Part shown: positions 34,750 through 43,272 of the stretch, piece after piece
Numbering within the stretch: the stretch's first letter is position 1
Layout: each line of letters begins with the position of its first letter
Source of the DNA: a virus
Taxonomy: Duplodnaviria; Caudoviricetes
Virus record (IMG/VR): IMGVR_UViG_3300009528_000017
Location: 1 to 47,968 of that record
Direction: 5' to 3' (one strand)
DNA: 47,968 nucleotides
Program-made: the position numbers and the translations under genes
The notes under the pieces: generated by a model
Told to the model about the DNA's origin: nothing
What the model saw: only the letters and a program-made list of their open reading frames with translations
The model's database searches: none

Positions 34750-35859
34750 ATGCCAACCCAACCACCACAAATGATGCTTGAGGGTTCAGAGAGTGATAAA
34801 GGGACTATCTCTTTCCCACGCAAAAAGAAAACTGCAAAAGACTGCTTAATCGTGCGTTACGGGGCGTTAGGTGACGCGATTTGGGCAACTCCCGTTCTGC
34901 GACTCTTAAAGGAACAGGGATATTATATTGTCTACAACTGTACCCCGTATTCTGCCCAGGTACTCAAGGAAAATCCTTACATTGACGAGTTTTTGTTTCA
35001 GGACACGGATGCTATTCCGAATAAAGACCTTGGCGATTACTGGAAGGAAATCGGTGAGAGTTTCGATAAGGTCATCAACTTCAGTCAATCGGTCGAGGGA
35101 GACCTTCTGAAGACAGAGGGGTCTGAGGAGTTTAAGTGGCCTCACAAAAGGAGGCATAGAGAGTGCAACATCAATTATATAGACAGGACACTTGAGGTTG
35201 CCGGCTTTCCCAATAAAAAGGGTCTGAAGCCAGAACTGTTCTTTTCTCAGACCGAAGAATATCTGGCTGGAATTTTCAGGCAGCATTACAAGGACAAGTT
35301 TCTTATAGAGGTCTCGTTATCTGGTTCGGCTGTCCACAAGACCTATCCGTGGCTGCCATACGTTATGAACGAGATTCACAACAACTACAAAGATATAGCG
35401 ATAGTGACTGTGGGGGATTATCTCTGTACGCTCCTGGAGAACTGGCAGCATCCGAACACGGTCAACAAGGCGGGCATCTTCACCGTTAGGCAGTCGATGA
35501 TTCTAACAAAGTACGTTGACCTGGTACTTGGCACTGAGACGGGGATACTCAACGCGGCTTCGTGTTTCGATACGCCCAAAATTATCCTCTTGAGTCATTC
35601 GTCCGTAGAAAACCTCACGAAATACTGGAAAAACTGCACAAGCTTGACCGCAAAGTCCTGCAATTGCCAGCCATGTCATCGCCTAATATACACGCTAAAG
35701 GACACTTGTCCGCTCGAAACAGTACGATTACCAAGCTCAAAGGGCATCGCGGATGTAAAGATACCCGTCTGTATGACAGGTATTCGGCCCGAAGAGGTGT
35801 ACAAAAGTATAGAATTGTGGTATAATATCTGGAAACAGAACCGTGAAAAGGAAAAGTAG
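34750..35859 (+). CDS. GT9 family (heptosyltransferase-like) glycosyltransferase
   Basis: IVRYGALGDAIWATPVLR, NPYID, KPELF, ETGILNAA, CQPCH; start placed at ATG 34750. Confidence 0.85.
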   Translation: MPTQPPQMMLEGSESDKGTISFPRKKKTAKDCLIVRYGALGDAIWATPVLRLLKEQGYYIVYNCTPYSAQVLKENPYIDEFLFQDTDAIPNKDLGDYWKEIGESFDKVINFSQSVEGDLLKTEGSEEFKWPHKRRHRECNINYIDRTLEVAGFPNKKGLKPELFFSQTEEYLAGIFRQHYKDKFLIEVSLSGSAVHKTYPWLPYVMNEIHNNYKDIAIVTVGDYLCTLLENWQHPNTVNKAGIFTVRQSMILTKYVDLVLGTETGILNAASCFDTPKIILLSHSSVENLTKYWKNCTSLTAKSCNCQPCHRLIYTLKDTCPLETVRLPSSKGIADVKIPVCMTGIRPEEVYKSIELWYNIWKQNREKEK

Positions 35860-35860
35860 A

Positions 35861-36157
35861 ATGGCAACGGCAGGCAGGCAATACAACCCACCTCTTGACA
35901 AGGGAATAAAAAGGTATGTTGAGATATTGGTTGCGGCTGGAATTGAAACATACGAATCTTGTGAAGGCGGGGAAGGACACGCCTATCCAGAGCCAACTAT
36001 AGTATTTCACGGTGAAATCGGAGAGGGCTTTAGGGCATTAGCCATAGCCATAGAAAATGGTCTGCCAATATATGAAATTAGACAGTTCTGGTCAATAAGA
36101 GACTTACAACCAGTTGGGCCAGATTGGGCAATGACATTTTATAAGAAGGCCGAATGA
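35861..36157 (+). CDS. hypothetical protein
   Basis: LD.GI...V..L...GIETYESCEG...H motif. Confidence 0.65.
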   Translation: MATAGRQYNPPLDKGIKRYVEILVAAGIETYESCEGGEGHAYPEPTIVFHGEIGEGFRALAIAIENGLPIYEIRQFWSIRDLQPVGPDWAMTFYKKAE

Positions 36158-36185
36158 GTGTTTATTTAACTTAGGAACATAAACG

Positions 36186-36944
36186 ATGGAACTATCAGTA
36201 TTAAGAACAAACGTCCAGGGCAATTGGCCGATTGGGTATCATTCTACTGAACTCACGAGCGCCAAAGTCACTGGCTTTATCAACGATGCTCAGAAATGGG
36301 TGTGTAGGGGTAATCTGGTCTTGCCGTCTGGTCAGGTCATTAGCCACAACTTCTCTTTTCTTGAGCAAGAGGTAACGCGGAGTACGACAACTCAGCAGCA
36401 GAAATACAGTCTGCCGACCGCTGGTAGCACAGACTGGACAGAAGTAGCATCGGGTACGGTCAGACGGTTCAAGTCTGAGATTACCTGCGAGATAATAAAC
36501 TCAGAGAATTACCGCCTACCGTTAGAGCGCCGATTCAAGACCCATATCGAGAACGATTCGGAGTTTGCCAATACGTTAGGTTATGGGATTCCAAGTGTTT
36601 ATTGCATAACGCAAGAATACTTATGGCTTTACAAAATCCCTGACCACGACTACAATAACAGTACGGCGTTTACGATAAACTTTGAGTTTTACGGGTATTT
36701 GCCTCCATTGGTCGAGGATACCGACTCGAACGTTTTGACGAACAACTTTGATGAGGTTCTCGAATATAGGGCAACGGCTATGGGTTTCCGCTTCGGCTAC
36801 GATGCCGACAAGGCTGAGTATTTCGAGGCCAAGGCCAAGGAACGGCTTTACGAAATGATACGGGAGGACGAGGATAGGAAACTGACGGGAATCGAAACTG
36901 GGTTGGAGCCTGATGCGGGGCAGTCGCTCAACTTGAATGCGTGA
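36186..36944 (+). CDS. head-tail adaptor protein
   Basis: FINDAQK, YSLP, G.PS.Y, LWLYKIPD; first structural gene after the island. Confidence 0.7.
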   Translation: MELSVLRTNVQGNWPIGYHSTELTSAKVTGFINDAQKWVCRGNLVLPSGQVISHNFSFLEQEVTRSTTTQQQKYSLPTAGSTDWTEVASGTVRRFKSEITCEIINSENYRLPLERRFKTHIENDSEFANTLGYGIPSVYCITQEYLWLYKIPDHDYNNSTAFTINFEFYGYLPPLVEDTDSNVLTNNFDEVLEYRATAMGFRFGYDADKAEYFEAKAKERLYEMIREDEDRKLTGIETGLEPDAGQSLNLNA

Positions 36945-36995
36945 AAGGGTAATTTAGTAGTAAGTAAATAAACAGTTAGTAAGAGAACTTGTGAG

Positions 36996-37040
36996 ATAGC
37001 CTTACGATTCGTTTCCAACGAAATTGTAGGGCTGTTTTTA
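36996..37040 (+). terminator. hairpin with T-tract
   Basis: ATAGCCTTACGATT...AATTGTAGGGCTGT followed by TTTT. Confidence 0.6.
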
Positions 37041-37056
37041 TTATAGGGGATTAAAA

Positions 37057-37893
37057 ATGGCGCATACTCGCGTGTGGGAAGAAGAAGCACCAACTGGTAC
37101 GGAAGCCGCCTCGCTGGGCGACGACCGAATCCGCAATCTGAAAGTCGATATAGGTGAGCGATTTGAAGACATTCTTTACGGTTTTGATGTTTCAAGTGGC
37201 ACTGGCGATGAAGCGACCGTTGGCATTAAGAAGCTAAACTTCAAAGAACAATCGTCCATCGCTACGCCTTTAGCGAACCAGATTGTAATTGCCGCCAAAG
37301 AAGCCGATAGCAAGGCTGAGCTTTTCTTTGTGGATGAGGACGGTAACGAGAGGCAGTGGACAAGTGGTGGGAAATTGAAGGTTATCGCCGGTGATTACGC
37401 CGCCAACTCGATAGACGAGGACGATATTCGCCTTGCTAACAACGCCTATCTTACGGCTCGTAATGCAGCGGGTACTGGCGATATTAACCTCGCCAAAGTC
37501 AACGCCAGTGATGTTACCGAAATTCCCGTTGGGGCAGTTCTGTCGGCGGATACCGCACCAGCGTCCGACCCAGCCATTGCCAACAAAAAATATGTAGACG
37601 ACAATATAGGCTCTGCTAATTGGACGCCTACATCTTATGCAGGAGAAGAATCTGTAACTTTCCCAAATGGCCTTATATTAAAACAAGGAAATACCAATAA
37701 AGCAGATACAACAACGCCTATTTTATTTGCTGAGGCTTTTCCAACTGCTTGCACAAGAGTAACAGTCAGTGGTGTCGATGACGCCTCAACAGATACCTAT
37801 GTACCTGTGATAGATGGTGTAAGTAAAACCGGCTTTGACGTTATCACGGGTTCTCCAATTGATTCATATAACTGGATTGCAATAGGGTATTGA
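37057..37893 (+). CDS. tail fibre-related protein with gp53-like C-terminal domain
   Basis: GDDRIR.LK N-terminus; ANKKYVD; TFPNGLILKQG...FAEAFP.AC...WIAIGY. Confidence 0.75.
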   Translation: MAHTRVWEEEAPTGTEAASLGDDRIRNLKVDIGERFEDILYGFDVSSGTGDEATVGIKKLNFKEQSSIATPLANQIVIAAKEADSKAELFFVDEDGNERQWTSGGKLKVIAGDYAANSIDEDDIRLANNAYLTARNAAGTGDINLAKVNASDVTEIPVGAVLSADTAPASDPAIANKKYVDDNIGSANWTPTSYAGEESVTFPNGLILKQGNTNKADTTTPILFAEAFPTACTRVTVSGVDDASTDTYVPVIDGVSKTGFDVITGSPIDSYNWIAIGY

Positions 37894-39557
37894 TGGCGCA
37901 GACTCAAATAGAACCTGTTCTTGCTCCACGTGGTGGCCTCAGGCTGGACTTGCCTTCTGATTTGATAAGTCCGCTTGAGATGACTGACTGTGCAAATGTC
38001 TTCTTTGAGGATGGTCTTGTTAAGAAGCGCTACGGATACAAGCGGATGGGGGGCAATTTACCTTTGCACGGCGCCGTTATGGGCAGCGACCAGTATTATA
38101 AATTCGGCGGGCAGAACTACCTTCTGGTTATGACTACGAAGGACATTTATCAATGGAATCCCGTAACAAGTGAATGGGACTCAATTGGCGTAGGTACAGG
38201 AGCTTCAGGGGCTTATGGTGCGGGGGTTTACGGTAGTCGCGCTTATGGTATGCAGCCTAATGCCTACGGGGCACGTGCTTACGGTGAAAGTTTCTACGGC
38301 TCGCAAAAAGGCTCGATATTTACGGGTACGGACGCCGACCCTTTTAGCTACGACTACATAAGGAAGTTGACGGAAAGCGAACCTTGGTGGGTATGTACCA
38401 ACGGCGTTGATAACATAAAGAAATACAATGGTGAAAACCTTGTCGATTTGGGTGGTTCACCGCCAATAGCAAAACGTTTAGTGGCGTTCAAAGACTATCT
38501 GCATCTTCTGGACGTTACTGAAGGAGGGAATCGCTTTCCACAAAGGGACAGATGGTCGGATACTGGCAACCCTGAAAACTGGTTGACCGGCAACGCAAGC
38601 TACAAAGACCTGCCAGGCGCAGACTGGATTTCCAACGGGATGAAGTTCAAGGGCGATTATATGGTCGTCTTGAAGGAAAGGAGCATTGAGGTCGGTTACG
38701 CTACGGCTGATGAAGAAATCTTTGAGTTCGACTGCAAGGTAACAGGTGCGGGTTGTGCCGCACCAAATACTATCGAGAGTCTCGGTGATGAAATAATCTT
38801 TTTAGGTTGGGATGATGTTTACGTCTTTAACGGCATAGACTATGAGCCGATAGGAACGCCGATTCAGAGGGAGCTTTTCAGAACCCTTAACCCTGAACAG
38901 ATAGGCAGATGTTTCGGCGTGATTATTGAGGAGCAGAAAGAATATTGGCTATTTGTCCCTTCGACACGCTCGACATATCCAGATATGGCTTGGTGCTTTA
39001 ACTACAATCTCAATAAGTGGACACGGCATACTTTCGGCAACTACATTACGGCATTCGGCTATTACTTCCTCGAAAGAGCGATGACCTGGAACGATTTGGT
39101 CGGAAGTTGGGACAGTCAAGCCTGGCGATGGGATGACAGGACGATTCTTTCGCACGCACCGACAACGCTATTCGGAGATGTAGATGGGTACGTCTTCGAG
39201 TACGACAAACTAACAAATAACGATGACGGTACGGCGATAGACGCCTATTTCGACACCAAAGATTTCGTAAGACGAGACCCGAATACCGGTCGGGTTGTAC
39301 GCCAAAGAATTTTGCAACTCGATGTTTATTACACTGGCCAAAGCCTTGATGTGTCATATTCGATTGATAAGGGGCGTAATTGGACAGCGATAGGAACACT
39401 TCCCGCGAGTACGAATATGGAAATAGCACGCAGTCTATATTTGCGTTTGGATTGCGAAAGGGTTCGTTACAGATTCAGGAACGCGAACCTAAACCAGCAT
39501 TTTGAATTTAACTCGGCGAATATTTATTGGCAGTTCGCCGGTACGAGATTGAATTGA
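37893..39557 (+). CDS. tail tubular / DNA stabilisation protein (P22 gp10-like nozzle)
   Basis: GGL..D...NV..EDG.VKKR.GY N-terminus, RWSDTGNPENW, AGCAAP, beta-rich; position in the tail module. Confidence 0.75.
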   Translation: MAQTQIEPVLAPRGGLRLDLPSDLISPLEMTDCANVFFEDGLVKKRYGYKRMGGNLPLHGAVMGSDQYYKFGGQNYLLVMTTKDIYQWNPVTSEWDSIGVGTGASGAYGAGVYGSRAYGMQPNAYGARAYGESFYGSQKGSIFTGTDADPFSYDYIRKLTESEPWWVCTNGVDNIKKYNGENLVDLGGSPPIAKRLVAFKDYLHLLDVTEGGNRFPQRDRWSDTGNPENWLTGNASYKDLPGADWISNGMKFKGDYMVVLKERSIEVGYATADEEIFEFDCKVTGAGCAAPNTIESLGDEIIFLGWDDVYVFNGIDYEPIGTPIQRELFRTLNPEQIGRCFGVIIEEQKEYWLFVPSTRSTYPDMAWCFNYNLNKWTRHTFGNYITAFGYYFLERAMTWNDLVGSWDSQAWRWDDRTILSHAPTTLFGDVDGYVFEYDKLTNNDDGTAIDAYFDTKDFVRRDPNTGRVVRQRILQLDVYYTGQSLDVSYSIDKGRNWTAIGTLPASTNMEIARSLYLRLDCERVRYRFRNANLNQHFEFNSANIYWQFAGTRLN

Positions 39558-39570
39558 AAGGAGAAATACA

Positions 39571-39750
39571 ATGGGAAGGAGACCAGTTGTAGGCTCTGAC
39601 GAAGGCACTTGGGGTACAATAGATAACGAGTGGTGCCGAGTAGAGCACAACGCCAACGGCACACACAACGACCCTATGTGCTATCTGAACCACGTAGTTT
39701 GTAACGAAGACCAGGTATTAACTAACCAAACGGATTTTAGTGCAGCCTAA
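39571..39750 (+). CDS. 59-aa virion-associated peptide (not in ORF track)
   Basis: RPVVGSDEGTWG...VEHNANGTH resembles N-termini of fibre proteins; AAGGAG RBS. Confidence 0.6.
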   Translation: MGRRPVVGSDEGTWGTIDNEWCRVEHNANGTHNDPMCYLNHVVCNEDQVLTNQTDFSAA

Positions 39751-39767
39751 TTTAAGGAGACAAAACA

Positions 39768-40175
39768 ATGGCAATTAACAATCCAAGTATTCTGAATCAT
39801 TGCGCGGTAGCGCTTTTGGGCAGTGTAGATTCTGTGAATCTTAATTCAGAGACACAGACGACTCTTTTTACCGTTCCGACAGGCAAAAAATGCGTTCTCG
39901 ACCACATTCGGATAAGAAATGTAAGTGCGGACTGTTCAAGTGCCACAGTTACGATAGGTCTCTCAACTGCCTTGACTGATTTTCTTGGCACTCAGACACT
40001 CTCTGCTCTCAACGCAGCGGCGACGACAGGCATTCTACGTCCCGTCCCGAATGCAACAACTGTCTTAGGGCAGGAATATACCGCCGCTGAGATTATTCAA
40101 ATAGACGTATCGGCAGCGGCCGGCAGCGCCTGTACCGCCACAGTTGAATTGTTCGGTACGTTAGATGATGCTTAA
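39768..40175 (+). CDS. putative virion protein, paralogue 1
   Basis: AAGGAG RBS; aligns end to end with the next gene. Confidence 0.75.
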   Translation: MAINNPSILNHCAVALLGSVDSVNLNSETQTTLFTVPTGKKCVLDHIRIRNVSADCSSATVTIGLSTALTDFLGTQTLSALNAAATTGILRPVPNATTVLGQEYTAAEIIQIDVSAAAGSACTATVELFGTLDDA

Positions 40176-40197
40176 AACTGAAGTTACGGAGTAAATA

Positions 40198-40602
40198 ATG
40201 GGAATTAACAATCCGACAGTATTGCCAAACAATACGATATGTATGTTAGGCAGCGTTGATAGTGTTGATATTAGCGATGATGCCTCATCGAATACGATTT
40301 ACACCGTTCCCGTGGGCAAAAAGTGCTGCCTTCACCACGTAAGGATTAGGAATGTCAGTGAGAACTTAACCACCGGAACCTGTACGATTGGCCAGTCAGG
40401 GGCCTTGACTGACTTTCTTGATACTCAGACGCTATCAAGTCTCAACGCAGCGGCGTGTTCTGGTATTCTGGAACCTGTCGCACACGCTACGACACCAATA
40501 GGCATCGAATACACCGCAGGAGAGGTATTGGTTTTCAGAGTAGTTGCGGCTGGTGCTGGTACTTGTACGGTTGAGTTTTTCGGCACGCTTGATGACGCCT
40601 GA
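40198..40602 (+). CDS. putative virion protein, paralogue 2
   Basis: Shares INNP, LGSVDSV, TVP.GKKC, IRNVS, ALTDFL.TQTLS.LNAAA, EYTA, TVE.FGTLDDA with the previous gene. Confidence 0.75.
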   Translation: MGINNPTVLPNNTICMLGSVDSVDISDDASSNTIYTVPVGKKCCLHHVRIRNVSENLTTGTCTIGQSGALTDFLDTQTLSSLNAAACSGILEPVAHATTPIGIEYTAGEVLVFRVVAAGAGTCTVEFFGTLDDA

Positions 40603-40620
40603 CATTAAAGAGTAATAACA

Positions 40621-40971
40621 ATGAAGTTGCAGTTTACGCATATAATCCCGCCGACAAGCGGGATTGCCGACCCTGCCACTAAGAAGTGGGCTGACAGGAT
40701 AGTGCAATTTCTGGATGATACTTTCAGGAAGGTTGCCTCGATACCTTTTAATCGCAGTGAAAGCCTTAGCATAACCAGTACGGGCTCAGCAGATACGACT
40801 TTCACGGTGACTCATCATATTGGCAGAGTCCCGACCGGATACATTGTGAATTATATAGATAAGGCCGCCGTAGTATATTGCGATTCTACGGACCTCGGCA
40901 ATTGGTCCACAACGCAAATAAAGTTGAAATGCGATACGGCGAATACGAAGGTCAAGATAGTGGTGTTCTAA
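40621..40971 (+). CDS. putative tail-associated protein
   Basis: FTVTHHIGRVPTGYIV motif. Confidence 0.6.
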   Translation: MKLQFTHIIPPTSGIADPATKKWADRIVQFLDDTFRKVASIPFNRSESLSITSTGSADTTFTVTHHIGRVPTGYIVNYIDKAAVVYCDSTDLGNWSTTQIKLKCDTANTKVKIVVF

Positions 40972-40973
40972 CA

Positions 40974-41384
40974 ATGAAGATATTTAACGCGAACATACCA
41001 ACTGCCAAAGAGATTATCTTGGAGTTGATTGCTAAAATCGACAAGGTGGAACGAACGCCGAGGGAGATTGACGCCTGGCTAATCTTAAATTTAGGTACAG
41101 ACATCTTCGGCGCGTGGGTAGCGATAGAGAATGATGAGCCGGTTGGGGTCTTGACGTGTGAGGTTGTCGAGCAGGAAACTGACCCGAAAGTCTTTATTTC
41201 ATTTTGCTATTGCGAACCGAATCTCAAAGCAAATTGTTGCAAGAAACTTTTGACTAAGTGTGAAGAATGGGCGAAAGCTGCGAATGTCAAGAAGTTGATG
41301 TTTTACACAAAACGCAGCTATCGTACATTTGAAAAGAAATACGGATTCAAACTTCAAAAGAGCATACTCGAAAAGGAATTATAG
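40974..41384 (+). CDS. GNAT-like acetyltransferase
   Basis: WVAIE...VGVL, LL...EEWAK, KKYGFK; sits before the ejection genes. Confidence 0.65.
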   Translation: MKIFNANIPTAKEIILELIAKIDKVERTPREIDAWLILNLGTDIFGAWVAIENDEPVGVLTCEVVEQETDPKVFISFCYCEPNLKANCCKKLLTKCEEWAKAANVKKLMFYTKRSYRTFEKKYGFKLQKSILEKEL

Positions 41385-41386
41385 CT

Positions 41387-42271
41387 ATGGGCGATTTATT
41401 TGGTGGTTCAGAATCGGACAAGCCAGTTTCTATGGAACCCCCCTGGCAATCGGAACTAAGAAGGCGAATAGCAGAGGCAGCGGAACCGAAGGCGAAGGAA
41501 CGCATTGCCCGCGCTGGAGAGCCGTACCCTGGAGAGTTAGTAGCTGGTCTCGGCGAATACGAGACGATGGGACTTGAAAGTCTCGGCGAATTTCTCAAGT
41601 CGCCTTCGCCAATAGCAGGGCCGCTTTACGCGGGTGCTAAGGGAGAAGTACAGAGGACACTCGGCGGCGAGTATTACGACCCCGCTGAAGGGCCATATTA
41701 TCAGGCGTTTAGAACGAATGTGATGCGTGAGCTTGCCGAAGCTAAAGATAGGATACGCAATGTCGCATCGGCCAGGGACGCCCTTTATGGCGGCGGTAGG
41801 ATAGCTACCGAAGGTGAGCTTGAGGAAACGGCGGTCGGGGGACTTCAACAGACTTTGGGTGGATTGTACGAGCGCGAGCGGCAGACGAGACTCGGTACAG
41901 TTCCGTTGGCTACGGAGATGCTGGCCTTTGAGGAACGGATGCCGCTCGGTCGGGTAGCAGCCGCACAGCAACTTGGTGCTCTACCGAGACAGTGGGAGCA
42001 AGCAGTCCTTGATGCGGAGCAGCAAGAATGGCTGAGACAATTGGCCGACCTCGGCATCCCTCTTGACGTAGCAACACAGATGTCAACCTACCAGCCAGCA
42101 ATGTACCAGCCGACTTACGGACAATCCCCAGTTAGTCAAATGATGCCTGGTTTGGGAGGCTTGTTTATGGGCGCCGGTATGGCTGGGGGCTTCGGTAATC
42201 TGTTTGGGGCAGGAGCGGCGGCTCCTGGTGCGCCACTAACTCCGATGCAATTAGCTACAGTACCACATTAA
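41387..42271 (+). CDS. internal virion / DNA ejection protein
   Basis: MGDLFGG start, EPYPGELVAGL, helical body, Gly-rich hydrophobic C-terminus. Confidence 0.7.
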   Translation: MGDLFGGSESDKPVSMEPPWQSELRRRIAEAAEPKAKERIARAGEPYPGELVAGLGEYETMGLESLGEFLKSPSPIAGPLYAGAKGEVQRTLGGEYYDPAEGPYYQAFRTNVMRELAEAKDRIRNVASARDALYGGGRIATEGELEETAVGGLQQTLGGLYERERQTRLGTVPLATEMLAFEERMPLGRVAAAQQLGALPRQWEQAVLDAEQQEWLRQLADLGIPLDVATQMSTYQPAMYQPTYGQSPVSQMMPGLGGLFMGAGMAGGFGNLFGAGAAAPGAPLTPMQLATVPH

Positions 42272-42288
42272 AAAGAAAGGGAAACATT

Positions 42289-43272
42289 ATGATAGGGAGC
42301 AAAGTCAAGCCGCCAATGTACACGCCCCGATTACCCATCGGTGGCGGCGGTGGCGTATTCCAGCCCGCAGGCGGAACACCGTACAAGACAAGCCCGTTGG
42401 CAGGTGCAGCGGGTGGTTTGGCAGGGCTATACGGTACTTACTTGCAGGGTAAGGCGCAAGCGCCGCAATTGGAAGCTCAAAGGAAATATCTCGATGCGCG
42501 AACACAAGCGACTCTGGCCTCAATTGCTCCGCAGAGACCAATGAGCGCTGCCGAACTTATGGCAAGTGTGCCGGAAGGTCACGAACTTGTGAGTTATAGT
42601 CGTGACCCAAAAACAGGCGGTTATACAAATCCAAGGTATAAACCGAAAGGGGCAAGCATTGAAGAAACGATGGCGCAAATCGCAGCCGCTCAAGACAGTT
42701 TCGGTGATTATGAGCAACCAGGCGTAAATATTCCTATTGGTCGCGGCGCAAGTGTAAGTCTTCGGCCACGAGAGAAAAGAACGGTAGAGGTTGTAGCAAA
42801 AGATATTAGTGACTTGATTTGGTATCGTAAAGATTTAGGCGAAGACGACCCTGCAATTCCAATTATTGATGCACGATTAAAGGCGCTTCGTGCCGAATTG
42901 GAACAGTTGGCAGAATCCTCAAAGAAACCACTGCCTAAAGGCGCCCCACCAGGACCGCCCGTAGGGCCACCGAAACCTTCCGGATTAGAACGGATTGCGC
43001 TCGAATCCGATAAGTGGTTGCAGCCAGATAAACCCAAAGCGTTAGATGCTAAGGAATTGCCATTTATGCAACGTGCACGAGGGGCACAGAAGAAAGTAGG
43101 AGAGGTAAGCAGGAGATTCGGCCAGCGAGGATTCAAAGCGCCTTCAGGTGCAGAGCCGAACCTACCTGAACCAAAGACCAAAGAAGAATTTGATAGAACA
43201 GGTCAGATGATAGCAGACGAGAACATTGCACGGAAGTATTTCGAGAAATGGCGAAGCAAGTTTTACCGGTAA
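42289..43272 (+). CDS. internal virion / DNA ejection protein
   Basis: Gly/Ala amphipathic segment LAGAAGGLAGLYG, Pro-rich linkers; position. Confidence 0.6.
   Translation: MIGSKVKPPMYTPRLPIGGGGGVFQPAGGTPYKTSPLAGAAGGLAGLYGTYLQGKAQAPQLEAQRKYLDARTQATLASIAPQRPMSAAELMASVPEGHELVSYSRDPKTGGYTNPRYKPKGASIEETMAQIAAAQDSFGDYEQPGVNIPIGRGASVSLRPREKRTVEVVAKDISDLIWYRKDLGEDDPAIPIIDARLKALRAELEQLAESSKKPLPKGAPPGPPVGPPKPSGLERIALESDKWLQPDKPKALDAKELPFMQRARGAQKKVGEVSRRFGQRGFKAPSGAEPNLPEPKTKEEFDRTGQMIADENIARKYFEKWRSKFYR

Noticed and set aside
34080-34750. Group I or II intron interrupting the methyltransferase-GT9 region
   Set aside because: The endonuclease is antisense, there is almost no non-coding room for a ribozyme core, and I saw no conserved intron elements; RT-PCR would be needed to exclude it fully
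21131-35859. Host LPS/capsule locus marking a prophage boundary
   Set aside because: Phage structural genes continue in the expected order on both sides, phage-type small ORFs are interspersed, and there are no export or polymerase genes or att/integrase signs
39768-40602. Diversity-generating retroelement template/variable repeat pair
   Set aside because: Differences are not adenine-specific, both copies are full genes, and no reverse transcriptase is in the window
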